Assembly (NCBI GenBank): GCA_013265495.1
Contig: MU058059.1
Span: 2,705,502-2,769,501, forward strand
Length of the DNA stretch: 64,000 bases
From: Vicugna vicugna
Lineage: Eukaryota
Direction of reading: 5' to 3'
Positions 1 through 10,713 of this stretch are shown piece by piece (positions within the stretch are counted from its first letter, which is position 1; each line of letters begins with the position of its first letter). A program made the translations under genes and the position numbers. Under the pieces are notes generated by a model, which made no database searches, was not told the DNA's origin, and was given only the letters and a program-made list of their open reading frames with translations.

Positions 1-299
1 CTAATCAAAAGGTGTTCATTAGACAACTAGGCTTCCATCCCCAAACCTATTACAAGTCTGGATACATCTGAGATCTTTCAGGGGTGGGAGGCAAGCAGCT
101 TTTAGGAATGAAACAGGGCAAAGAGCGAAGGTGGAGAATTTTAAAATAAGCCCAGGAGCATTTATGGGAGTGGAGAGTAATCTGTCTGCCAAAACAAACG
201 GGAGTTTTACGTAAAAGGGGGAAAAGTAGGCATGTATAGTGGGAATGGGTTTAATTTTTATCCAAAAAGAAGTATTTAAGATATATATTTTTAATTTTT

Positions 300-540
300 T
301 AATTTTAATTCTTATTTTTTTATTGAAGTGTAATTGATCCATAATGTTAGTTTCAGGTGTACAGCAAAGCGATTCAGTTAACACACATACATACGTATAT
401 ATACATTTTCAGATTCTTTTCCATTACAGCTCATTACAAGAAGTTGAATATAGTTCCCAGAGCTGTACAGTAGGTCCTTGTGGTTTATCTGCCTTATATA
501 TAGTAATATGTATCTGTTAATCCCAAGCTCCTAATCTATG
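300..540 (-). mobile_element. 5'-truncated L1 3'-end fragment, antisense to host
   Basis: T-rich tail, then ttattgaagtgtaattgat...tttcaggtgtacagcaaag...atcccaagctcctaat. Closely similar copies at ~16010 and ~26750 in this window. Confidence 0.8.
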
Positions 541-1935
541 AGTTTATTTTTATATTTTAAAATATATATAAAATAAAAATAAATATTTATAAAAATATAT
601 ATAAATACATTTTAAAGGTGAAAATAAGCATAGTTGTTTTATATCTGCTTTGCACATTTTTACCGGACAAACTAACATGTCAGTGGGTAACAGGCGTCAT
701 GCTCACTGACCCTGGCGTGTTTTACAGATACTCAGGTGTTTTGTCCTTATCTTCATCAGTTGCTCTCTTTTTACCTGGCAGCTTACCACAAATATACATT
801 CTAAATGTAATACGTCTCTATTTTAGAAGAACTTATAAATGACAGGCAGCTTGTGCTCTGTTTCTGGTTCTGCCATTAACTAATTATACAGTTTGAAAAT
901 ACGAACACAGGTGAAAACGTTATCTGAAGGGAACGGCTCCACGAGAGGGAAAGTATATTAACATGTCGTCAGAATAGAGACGTCGGGCAGGAACCACAGG
1001 GATGTGGTGGTGCTTCCCGTGAAGCAGCGATGTAGGTGGGCATTAGTGTCCTGATCAGGAACTCAGCGTCAAATTAATCATATAACTACCATTAACTCAT
1101 CATAGGAGTTAAAACGTACAATTACATCCAGCTTGAGCACTTGAGCACTTTCAAATCAGTTATCTTTACACTTTAATGAAATTAAAGTGTTTTTAAAAGC
1201 ACTAATCAATTAAGATGTTGACGAGAGTTTAAAAATATTTTAAAATAAGAAGTATCCACTTTCAATGGAATCAGACAAACTGGATGAGATTGACTTTACC
1301 TCTTAATAACAGGAGGAAGAGAAGATGTAATCGTTAAATCTTGAGTGTTTCAGAGGAAGATTTGGAAGAAAAATAGACATTTTTAAAAGCATTTAAATGA
1401 CTAACAGAACAGAATGTAGGCTTGCAGTTTCACCTTAAAAATAATGTGCATGGAACGTCTCCTTTATTTTTCATGAAACAGATCACAGCTTCGTGAAAAG
1501 CTCTCTGAAAATCCCAAGTAAGAGGAAGGCGAGAGTTTAGCAAATGAAAAAAAAATTCAGAATATTCTCCAAAAGCCACGTGTAGATAATTCTCATACTC
1601 TTAGTTGTTTGGAAAAAAAATCAGCTCAGCATGATTGCAGAATCCCAAAAGCAAAGGCTGGAAGTCAAAAGGGAAATCTAATGAATTTCTCCATCCAAAA
1701 CGGTGGCCGCGGTTGTGGGGTTTTTCCTTCCGCTGTGGGGCCAGGTGTGCGATAGAAGGTGGCATGTCCTCTAAAGCACACGTAGCTCCCCGAGACTGCG
1801 GAAAGTGACGGCGCTGACCGCACAGGCGTGGTTGGGTCAGCAGTGCGCCCGGCACGGTGCCCACGAGTGAGTGCAGGGCGGTGTTTCCAGGTGTTGCCTC
1901 TGCCCCCCTCTGACTGGCCTTTGTCTTATTTACAG

Positions 1936-2010
1936 CCGTGTCTTCACCGTCGTCCTTTACGATGAAAACGAACACACTGAGCACGTCGGTGCCTAACTCC
2001 TATTACCCAG
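1936..2010 (+). CDS. PTPRM: PTPRM internal coding exon (75 nt, phase 1-1), juxtamembrane region: (S)VSSPSSFTMKTNTLSTSVPNSYYP(D)
   Basis: Acceptor tttgtcttatttacag| and donor CAG|gtaacg. Translation matches the recalled mammalian PTPRM sequence SVSSPSSFTMKTNTLSTSVPNSYYPD. Not in the ORF track. Confidence 0.95.
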
Positions 2011-2242
2011 GTAACGGGTTTTTCCACGTTCCATCTCTCCGTCGCCCCGAGACCCCGTAGCAGCCGGAAGCGGCCAGCGCCCACTCCGCTGTCCAGGCTG
2101 ATGGAGGGGCTTCGTGTCTGATGTGCTGTAACCCAACGCTTGCTGCGGCTTTCTGCGGGGGGGCTGGGGGGCCTTTCGTCGTCATTTACTGTTCTTTCTC
2201 TTTTTACTTTCTCTGCCTTGACCCGCTTATGATGTTTGACAG

Positions 2243-2269
2243 ACCCATTTGTGCCAACTGCAATTTTAG
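2243..2269 (+). CDS. PTPRM: PTPRM 27-nt microexon (phase 1-1): (D)PFVPTAIL(V)
   Basis: gatgtttgacag|ACCCATTTGTGCCAACTGCAATTTTAG|gtgaga. Matches the DPFVPTAIL insert of the long PTPRM isoform and keeps the frame. Confidence 0.92.
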   Translation, partial: THLCQLQF

Positions 2270-5200
2270 GTGAGAACATTTCCCTTTATCACAGTTTATT
2301 ACATGAGTAATTTAGAAAGTCCGCGGCCACTGTGTAGGAGACGGGAGTTTTAATTTTGCCTGATGGCGGGGATTGTAACCGGGACAAGGGGAGTGGTGGG
2401 TGGTCTGGAGGGATGGGAGGTGGGCATATAAGATAACTTTCTCCAGACAGTCTCCATTGATAAGAAGGGTTTGCCGCCTGTCTGTTGGGAATGACACCAA
2501 AAGGTTCAAATGAGCTATCCCGGCTCCAGTGTTCAGAATTTAAAGTCACGTTTGATCCCAAGGAAAAATACACTATGTCATCACTCAATTGTGCACTTGT
2601 AAGAGTGATTCTGTCCAATGTGACAGCCATGAAAGTGAAAATAGCTTCTTATTATCTTCACTTATTGCTAAGCACTAAAAACTGCAATTTCCAAAGCAGC
2701 ATTTTCTAATTATGCCACATGTTAGGCAGAAAAATGATCTCAGTAGAGTTTTGGCCCCCGACCTCTCCTCGGGGCCACTCAGGTTGCCCCCACCATCCAG
2801 TGTCTGTCACTCTGTGGCATCTCAAAGGAGCTGATGTTGTTGACAGCACAGTGACACGGTGACACTCTAATCACATGGTTTATCTTGTGTCAGATGTCAC
2901 TGGAAATGAAATAAAATGTTAGCCCACTGGGGCAGAATGCATGGCGAGTAGGAAATATTCCCAGTGGGGGGGTTAAAGAAAAAAATCCCGTTTGTCCAAG
3001 CACAAGAAGCGTGAGGAGGCGTGCCATCACCTGGATGTGGTTGAATTAAACAAGCGGGAGCTGCCGTGGCCTCTGAGACACACCGTGACCCAAGTGTATC
3101 CCGGCTGTGTCCTCTTTCTGCCGCTAACCTTGCCGAAAAGGAGCACAACGCAAATGGCTCCGAGGGGCCTAAGACGCTGCCGCGGCCAGACTCCACCCTC
3201 AGGTGTGCGACACCTGCGTCCTGCCTCTCGCTCCAAGGGTTTACATCTCTGTGCTTCTCTTTTCTCTAAGTTGTTACATTTTTTATATAGAGAGCGATCT
3301 TTTTTCCCCTTATGGCGTTGCCTGGGCTTAATGAAGTCAGTTTGTTGCCTGAGGGAAAAAATGAACTCAGACAGAAGTTTTAAGAATGGACATAAACTAG
3401 ATTTTTTAAATTGCCGTTATTTTGAAGACTAACAAACAAAACCCTCCAAAGTCCCCGCCTTTTAATACCAACTGTAAGGGAAAGAAAGCTGCATTTTTCT
3501 CCTTTTCGTAAGTGAGGGGCTCGGGCTAATCTTAGGCACCCGAACAATGAAGTCTACATGCAGATGACATTTGCAGAATCTCTTGATAGGTGAAGATTTG
3601 ATATTTCTTTGTGTGCCTGGCATTCATTCTGTGATTCCTCTAGTAGATGTGCTGACCTTGGGGGAGCTGGGAGTGGGGGGAGCTGTGCTGTGCATTGTCA
3701 GAGGGAAGAAAATGTTCAGATTTCACAGCAGGATTTAGATAAGCTTATTAAACAAATACCATCTTTTAAAGTCGAGGCTTTGTTATTACGAACGCTAATG
3801 ACATCTTTTAAAGTTGGTTAGGCTTCTTTGCAGAGAGAGAATCGCTCGAATAGACAATTCAGATAGCAAAAATGAAGCGCGTTGTGAAAAGCAAGTCAAC
3901 CAGCTCAACAAATAACTGTTACTGTGTTGAGTTGGTACCAGCATTCCAATGTTCAGAAATGGCGCTGCTTGGGAACCATGTTATTGGGTGCAGAGGGAAC
4001 CTGTATATCACATAGATTATCACTTGAAACCGTGCAGAGAAGATAAGCCGTATGTCTCCTCTGGCATTTGGGGGGCATAGTGCTGTTATAATTGACACCA
4101 GGATGAGAAAAAATGTTTTGTGGGGACGCGGAGCTTAGCACAATTAAATCCACCAGTGCCTTTTATCGTCAGGGGCTAAGGTGCCCAGCCCTAATGTATA
4201 AAGCTTTAGTACACGTTATATCATTTTCTTGCAAAAAAAAAAATTAGATGGATGGTTAAATGGATAGCTAGGTAGGCCCTTCTCCACCCTCAAGACAACA
4301 TTCATTCCAATTCAAGATTTTTCAACTGGTTTGTTGAAAATTCAAGATAATTTATTGAAGAATGTCAGTAGAATGAATTCTCAGGTCTTAGAAAACCATC
4401 AGAACTTTTAGTGAGAAGCTCTATTTCTGGTTTCCTCTCAGGCATAATTTTTTTAATTAAAAAATTATTGGTGGGTAATTTTTAGCAGATATAGGAAGTT
4501 AGTGACAAATGACGTATTTTATCAGTACTAATTCTTTCTTAAGAAGTCAGAGGAAACTGATTAATCACCAATTCTGATGGAATCAAGATCTTCTGCCAGT
4601 GTAAGTGGCCCAATTGCAGAGCAGATACCACACGAGAAACCCGTTTTGCCTGCAGTGTCTCTGTGCTAGGTAGTAGCATTCCTTCCTTAGATGGCCTTGG
4701 CAACATTTAAGTGCTTTCAGATGTGTCCACACAGTAATGAGGTCAAGATGTCAGTGCCGTGGGGGATGATACAGTGGTGGCTGTTCTGTGGTCTTGAAAT
4801 GCCCAAGGGTGCCTCACCCTGGGGTCAGAGTACCGCAGGGTTGCCAGTGGATCCATGTGAAACACCACATGATTCACCTAGGGGGAGTTGAGAAGATCAG
4901 TCCACAATGGAGGGTATTTAATTACATTCATCCCAAAAGGTACCAGTCTGAAAGAATGAGAGAGAGGCACGGGGAGAAACTAATTAATGTTCCATTTATT
5001 TTAGTATAAAGAGCAGAACCTGCTGGAGTAGCTAAACGCTCTAGGGACTCAGTGCTTCAGCAGGGAGCCCTACCCCGCTCTGAACTTGGCAGTTGCCAAG
5101 GAGTAGATCTGCTGGTAAACATTTCCCAGTTAATCTGCGACTGTTCTAATAGATGGGAACGTAGGAATTTCAAAGCAAATCCAAATGAAAAAAAAAAAGC

Positions 5201-6147
5201 CATGAAATCAACTACCACCTTTTTTATTTTGTCTTTGTGTCTTTAGCCACGTCGTAGTGATCCAGGTACCATTCCAGCAGCAGCACATGGCTACACACTT
5301 GTGCACCACCCTCATACCATGCATCCCAGGTGCTTTGCAATGCAGGTAGAAGTGAGATTCCAAAGCCAGGCCCAGTTCGTCAAGCGCCCTTAAACTAAAT
5401 TTCCTTCGGAGCCAAACTTCTCAGCTTAAACAAACAAACCAAAACCCGTAGCTGAATTCCCTACTGATAAACTATCTGGTCATTTTTTTAATTGAACATA
5501 CCTTTTCTTATATGTTTTCATACTTTATCCCTGAAATCAATTTTGATTTAATGTTCTCCTTTTAAGTGCCTTTCGCATTATTGTTTGATGAGACACATCC
5601 TCAGTCGTAAAACAGCAAAAGGGATTCAGCATTATAATGAGTTAACCTGTAGAATGTGGAACTCTTTTAATCTAATAGCACTTTCCTGCGTAAGACATTT
5701 TTTAATAGCTACAATTTCTGCAGTTCATTAATCTAATTTACTAGGAGTCTTCCATTAAAATATGGCCTCTTTAGGCTTATTTGACCAAATTTTGACATTA
5801 ATTTTGCAGTACAATTTGGTTGACTTGTTTAAGAAATTTAAAAGAGAAAAATGTGTCGAATGCAAATACGACTTATTTAGTCATTACTTGGTTCATGGGG
5901 GATGAAGAGCAATTATGATACTATTTTAACCTCCTTTTTTGTTATTGAGTGCTTAAATCAAACACCTCCATCCTAACGAGATGGGAGAACTGAGGCTTTG
6001 CCCTCTGACCACCTTTGAATAGAAAACTTAACTGTCAGATTAAAGCACAAAATAAAAACTACCTGTAATTATTCACGCAGTACTATTGCTTATGCCCTGT
6101 TTCCTTTTTCTCCTCCTCTTTTCTCCTGATATGTATCTTCTTAAAAG

Positions 6148-6159
6148 TGCCTATAAATG
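6148..6159 (+). CDS. PTPRM: PTPRM 12-nt microexon (phase 1-1): (V)PIN(D)
   Basis: Long pyrimidine tract, then ttcttaaaag|TGCCTATAAATG|gtaagt (consensus donor). Completes DPFVPTAIL-VPIN-DE as in the long PTPRM isoform. Confidence 0.9.
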
Positions 6160-6881
6160 GTAAGTTCCCCCACGCGCCCGCCCCTTGGAGAAGGTGTGGA
6201 GGGCTGGGGTGGGGGGTCTTACCTGTAGATTCGGACGAAGCCAGCTGGTTCTGCTGTGTGCTGGCCTGCATGTTGGCTCCCGTAGAACATCCCATGAGTG
6301 CTGTGTTGGTCCATCCTGTTCTGTCCAGCTTTCTGATCCTGGCGCATGTGAAGTGATTCATCCAACCAACTTCCCTCCCCTCTCCCCGTATCAAGTCCAC
6401 ATTTTCATTGCTAGCTTTGTAAGCCAACCCATCTTGTGCACTTTTATTTTGCTCACAGAACATTCGTACAGAGTTTATTCACGTCATCATCCAAACCAGT
6501 TAACTAATCTTCGTAGGATTACAAGACTGGCTTTGCACCAGGCCTTGGTGAAGTTTCAGACAGAAACTTCGATGAACTTTAGCACCCGAAGGCTAAAGGA
6601 TTCTTACCAACTAGCTTTGTGAAAGCAACATATCGTTTGGACTGCTTTGTTAAAAAACAAACAAACAAACAAGAAACCACCAAAGATTCCTGCCTCATTC
6701 CTATCGATACTGCCAACCCCATTTAAGGTTCTAAACATTTAACTTTCCTTTTTTGCTGAGCCATCGTAGGGACCGGCGCGACTGTAGGTGGAGGGGATGT
6801 CCGCAGCACTCCTTAGATTCTCGGCGATCCCGGCGTAGCTCCTGGTCCTCCCTCACTTTCTCCACGGCCTTCTTTCCCCAG

Positions 6882-7069
6882 ACGAGTCACACACGATGGC
6901 CAGCGACACCAGCAGCTTGGTGCAGTCCCACACCTACAAGAAACGCGAGCCGGCCGACGTGCCCTACCAGACCGGGCAGCTGCACCCCGCCATCCGGGTG
7001 GCAGACCTGCTTCAGCACATCACGCAGATGAAGTGCGCCGAAGGCTACGGCTTCAAGGAGGAGTACGAG
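6882..7069 (+). CDS. PTPRM: PTPRM coding exon (188 nt, phase 1-0): (D)ESHTMASDTSSLVQSHTYKKREPADVPYQTGQLHPAIRVADLLQHITQMKCAEGYGFKEEYE
   Basis: Acceptor ttctttccccag|, donor GAG|gtgagc. ORF 6896..7300 carries this peptide up to the donor. HPAIRVADLLQHI is typical of R2B-family RPTPs and the flanking residues match PTPRM. Confidence 0.97.
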
Positions 7070-7756
7070 GTGAGCACGGGCCCCGCATGCCTTGGGGCTC
7101 CTTCGCCGCCGCCCAGGTCTTGGCGCCAGGTGTCCTGCGCACAGCATGTCCAGCCAGCCGGTGGCGCCCACGAGGCCGGCCAGGACAGGACCAGTGTCTC
7201 ATCGTCCGCCTCCACCGGTGGTGAGACTTCCCACTGGGAAGCTATCATGCGCTCAGTGGGAAAAGGGGGGATAGGCCACCTTTTTCTTTGTTCCGCATAA
7301 ATTCACAGTGAAAACAGAGGCCTGCTCGGCTCCTTCCCCGTTCCTGATCACCTTTCTTGGCTTTTCCTGAAATTAAGTCTGGTGTTGAATCCCAATCACT
7401 TTGTAGTGTTATCTCAGAAGGAAGCTGCCCCCCAAGACAACTGCAGACCAACCAGCGACGCCTTGCAGGGGAGACGGGGTGGAGTAGAGGGGCTGGCTGG
7501 TGTCAGGCTGTGACAGTTGTCACTGCCACCAGCCCAGGGAGCTGGTCGCCGTCCTGGGATCTGGGGCAGACACCCCTGGGCGGGTGGGGAGGGATGGGTT
7601 CCAGGAACAGTGATATAGACTCTGGCACCATACGCAAAATGTACCCCACCCCTTCCACAGCCTCTGTCTGTAGCTAGTTCTGTTGGAAAGTCATTCATGG
7701 AGTGAAGAGAATTCACTGATTTGGAGAAGTCTGGTTCAAAAGAGCACGCCATCACT

Positions 7757-7810
7757 GAGTGTGTGTGTGTGTGTGGGAGGTGTGTGTATGAGAGAGAGAG
7801 ACTGTGTGTG
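7757..7810. repeat. Compound (TG)n/(AG)n microsatellite
   Basis: tgagtgtgtgtgtgtgtgtgggaggtgtgtgtatgagagagagagactgtgtgtg. Confidence 0.85.
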
Positions 7811-9759
7811 AGTAGGGAGTAAGAGGAGCGAAGAAAAGGGCTTGGATCTCTGTTACTTTATTAAATAAAATTAGTTCACAGTCATTGGTGAAGATAAAGG
7901 AGCAGCGTGCTTACAGGAAGTGTAGGATCATGTAGCTTTGTGCCTTTTTATACTTAAGAATGGATTTCTGGTACCATGTCTACCTGACTCACTCACGACT
8001 GGGGAACGTCTTGTCTGGAATTAGAGTCTTTTTCAAAATCAGTTCCAGTTTGAAAACTCTGCTTCTTTCTCCTTTGTGGGGACACTCATGGTACTTCATT
8101 TTATGCCCCACATGCTCTGTTGTCTTGGGCTTGGCTCCACTTCTGAGCGTAGTCACCGAAGACTCGTTGCAGCAGCAAGAGCGGCACCACTGCAACGCAG
8201 GTCTTTGTCCAGCTCAGGCAAACACCCAGGCGCACCTTGCTCTGCTGACACGTGTGTCCATGTGGGTTGCCAGTGACCTCAGTTCAGAAGGCTGCAAAGC
8301 CAGGGAAACTCACACAAGCCAGGCCCCAAGGCTTTGATTTAAGTCCAGGAAGTATTTCCAGGTGAAGTTCTGCATTTTAGCCATCCTGAAGTTCTTAGGT
8401 TTACCTTTACCCATTTAATTTTATAATTCAGTGAAACTGACTGCCTTTGCATATTTCCTCATGCACTTTCAAAGGCTGGCTTAGGAATTAATAGGATTAA
8501 GAGCAACACTTCCAAAAGCATTAATATCTTATGAAGGACAAAATTAGGTTATTGAGAAAATACAAGCCTAATGAATAGACATGAAGTCTTTAGTTCTATC
8601 CAGCATTCAGAATGCAGATATGGCTCTAAAGTTTATTAAAGATGTTAACGTCAAAGAGATTAGTTACAGGCTCAAGTAACAATTCATAAAATAACCCAAG
8701 TCCAATTTTTCATGGACTGTTTTAAAATACCAACCTTAGGACTTCCAGTGACACACCACAGATGATGCATATTTGACAGTAAGCAGAAAGTTGGCTCCTA
8801 TTCGTATCTCCTGAAGAAATCTGATTCGTAAGTGCAAACTGAAACAGTTTCTACTCATCTTAAGCATGTTATAATTGATGATTCATTAAGAGTTGTTATG
8901 CTGTGAAATAAATGTATTAATTACATTTCAAAAAACTTTTTCTCAGTAGATCAGAGAGGACTATTTAACAGTGATATATACGGGTAATCCAGTCACCACA
9001 TTATACACTTTGAAGTTACATCGTGTTCTATGTCAATTGTATCTAAATAAAGCTAGGGAGAGAAAGTAAAAACTTTCTAATGCCAAAACCACTATCAGTT
9101 TTTTCTTTTTTTAAGAAGGAAGGAAAAAAAATGAAGAAAGAACATACACTAGAGGGGAAATCAGGAACAAATAGGAAGGTGCTATTGGGAGAACCTGAGG
9201 TGGAAGTTGTGGCAGGAATAATCTTCGCATTCAGCGATTCTCAGGTTATTGGGTGTCCCCCTCCTCCTCCTGCAGGGCAGGGTGCAGATGTGGGCGGGAG
9301 AGCCAGGGCAGGACAGAGCAAGCGGGACGTGAGGAGTGGTGCTGGTCCGTGGGTAAACCCCTAGAGAGGATGCGGGCACTGGGGGCACCTGGAGCCCGGA
9401 GTCCTACCCTCACCACCCCGGCCTGCACGCGCCACGAGTTACGGGCCCAGACCTCCCCTCGAGGCGCAGCCGGACTTGCGTGTGTTAACGGGGTGGCAGC
9501 AGGTCCCAGCTGCGTCTACCCCGATCCACTTTCTCTAACCCCAGGGAATTCTTATTCCAATGTGAATCTGGAATATCCTTAAGTGGAATGTTTTAAAGCT
9601 CATTTGGCTTTCAGAACACTGACCAAGTGCATCTCTTTGACTCTCGGTGTGAAGTAACCACACTGAAAGTCAGGCATGTGTGGCTGTCTAGTGTTCTGTG
9701 AATCTCGTGGGTCAGACACTGAGAGGCTGTAGACTGGGACGAGGCTCTGGTGCCACACT

Positions 9760-9930
9760 GCCGGGATGCCAACTCAGCCTGGGTCGAGCTGTCTGAGCTC
9801 TGGGCCTGTTTCCTCATCTGTGAAACGGAACAACTAGGTCCTCAACCTCATAATGCTGTTTTGAGGCTTAACTCCTTGAGTGCGTCTAAGTGCTGGAGTT
9901 GAGTCTGGCACTCGGTTGAAGCATTAGCTA
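9760..9930 (+). mobile_element. MIR SINE fragment
   Basis: MIR core-like ctctgggcctgtttcctcatctgtgaaacgg...tgctgttttgagg. Confidence 0.6.
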
Positions 9931-10239
9931 GTATTAGAGGAAGGTCCTAATTTACAGTCGGATCCGAGGGAGAGTCCACTCGGTGTTCTTTGCAGGGAAG
10001 CCGTGCCCGTTACGACTTCAGCACCTCTCCCGTGTTCGCGCTCTGGGTGGGCGGAGCCCAGCCTTTCATGGGAAGGCTCAGCGGCTGTTTGCTTCATCTG
10101 TAGGACCAGATCGTTCCTTTACCACGCGTCATATTTCATCAAAACTTCCCATGGAAAAGTGACTTAAATAAGTAGGTGGTTTGATTCTGTGGAGAAAGAG
10201 TTTGAGAACTGAGGCAAAAAGTTAAGCATTTTTCCTTTT

Positions 10240-10385
10240 TGTTTAAAGTATAGTTGACTTACAGTATTATATTAATTTCAGGTGTACAATGTGGTGATTT
10301 GGTATTTTTACAGATTTCACACCAAAGTTATTGTAACAGTGTTAACTGTATTCCTAGTGGTGAACATTCCATCCCTGGGACTTAC
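10240..10385 (-). mobile_element. L1 3'-end fragment (older), antisense
   Basis: aaagtatagttgacttacagtattatattaatttcaggtgtacaatgtggtgattt resembles the reverse complement of an L1 3' terminus. Confidence 0.7.
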
Positions 10386-10404
10386 TCTTGTTTTTTTTTT
10401 TTGT

Positions 10405-10555
10405 TACAGTTTACCAGGTAAAATACAGTTTGCTAGGTTAAACCTGAACCTCAGATAAACAGTGAAGAACTTTTTAGTATAAGTATGTCCCAAATAGTGC
10501 ATGGGACATACTTACACTAAAAAGTAGTCGTTGTGTATATGACACTCAGTTAATA
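10405..10555. mobile_element. MER53-like palindromic hAT MITE
   Basis: cagataaacagtgaagaactttttagtataagtatgtccca...tgggacatacttacactaaaaagtagtcgttg matches the recalled MER53 central palindrome. Confidence 0.85.
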
Positions 10556-10574
10556 CTTTAAAATACACGCTGTT

Positions 10575-10713
10575 GGGGGAAGGTATAGCTCAGTGGGAGA
10601 GCACGTGCATATTAGCACGCACAAGGTCTTGGGGTCAATCCATATAAACAAACAAATAAGTAATAAATAAATACAACCTAATTACCCCCCAAAAAATTAA
10701 AAATTAAAGTAAA
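10575..10713 (+). mobile_element. tRNA-derived SINE (camelid Vic-1-like)
   Basis: gggggaaggtatagctcagtgggagagcacgtgc (A-box head), degenerate B box ggggtcaatcc, then AATA-rich segment, cctaattacccccc and an A-rich tail. Confidence 0.8.

Noticed and set aside
540..615. AT-rich quasi-palindrome next to the first L1 fragment
   Set aside because: Almost pure A/T low-complexity sequence, where imperfect self-complementarity is expected by chance.
7070..7300. Read-through of ORF 6896..7300 as an alternative PTPRM C-terminus
   Set aside because: Similarity to PTPRM stops at the strong GAG|gtgagc donor; the open frame beyond is explained by high GC content.
10385..10425. Recursive splice site (polyY-AG|GT) in the 36.5-kb intron
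   Set aside because: The donor half (gtaaaa) is weak, an earlier AG intervenes, and the site lies at a repeat junction.
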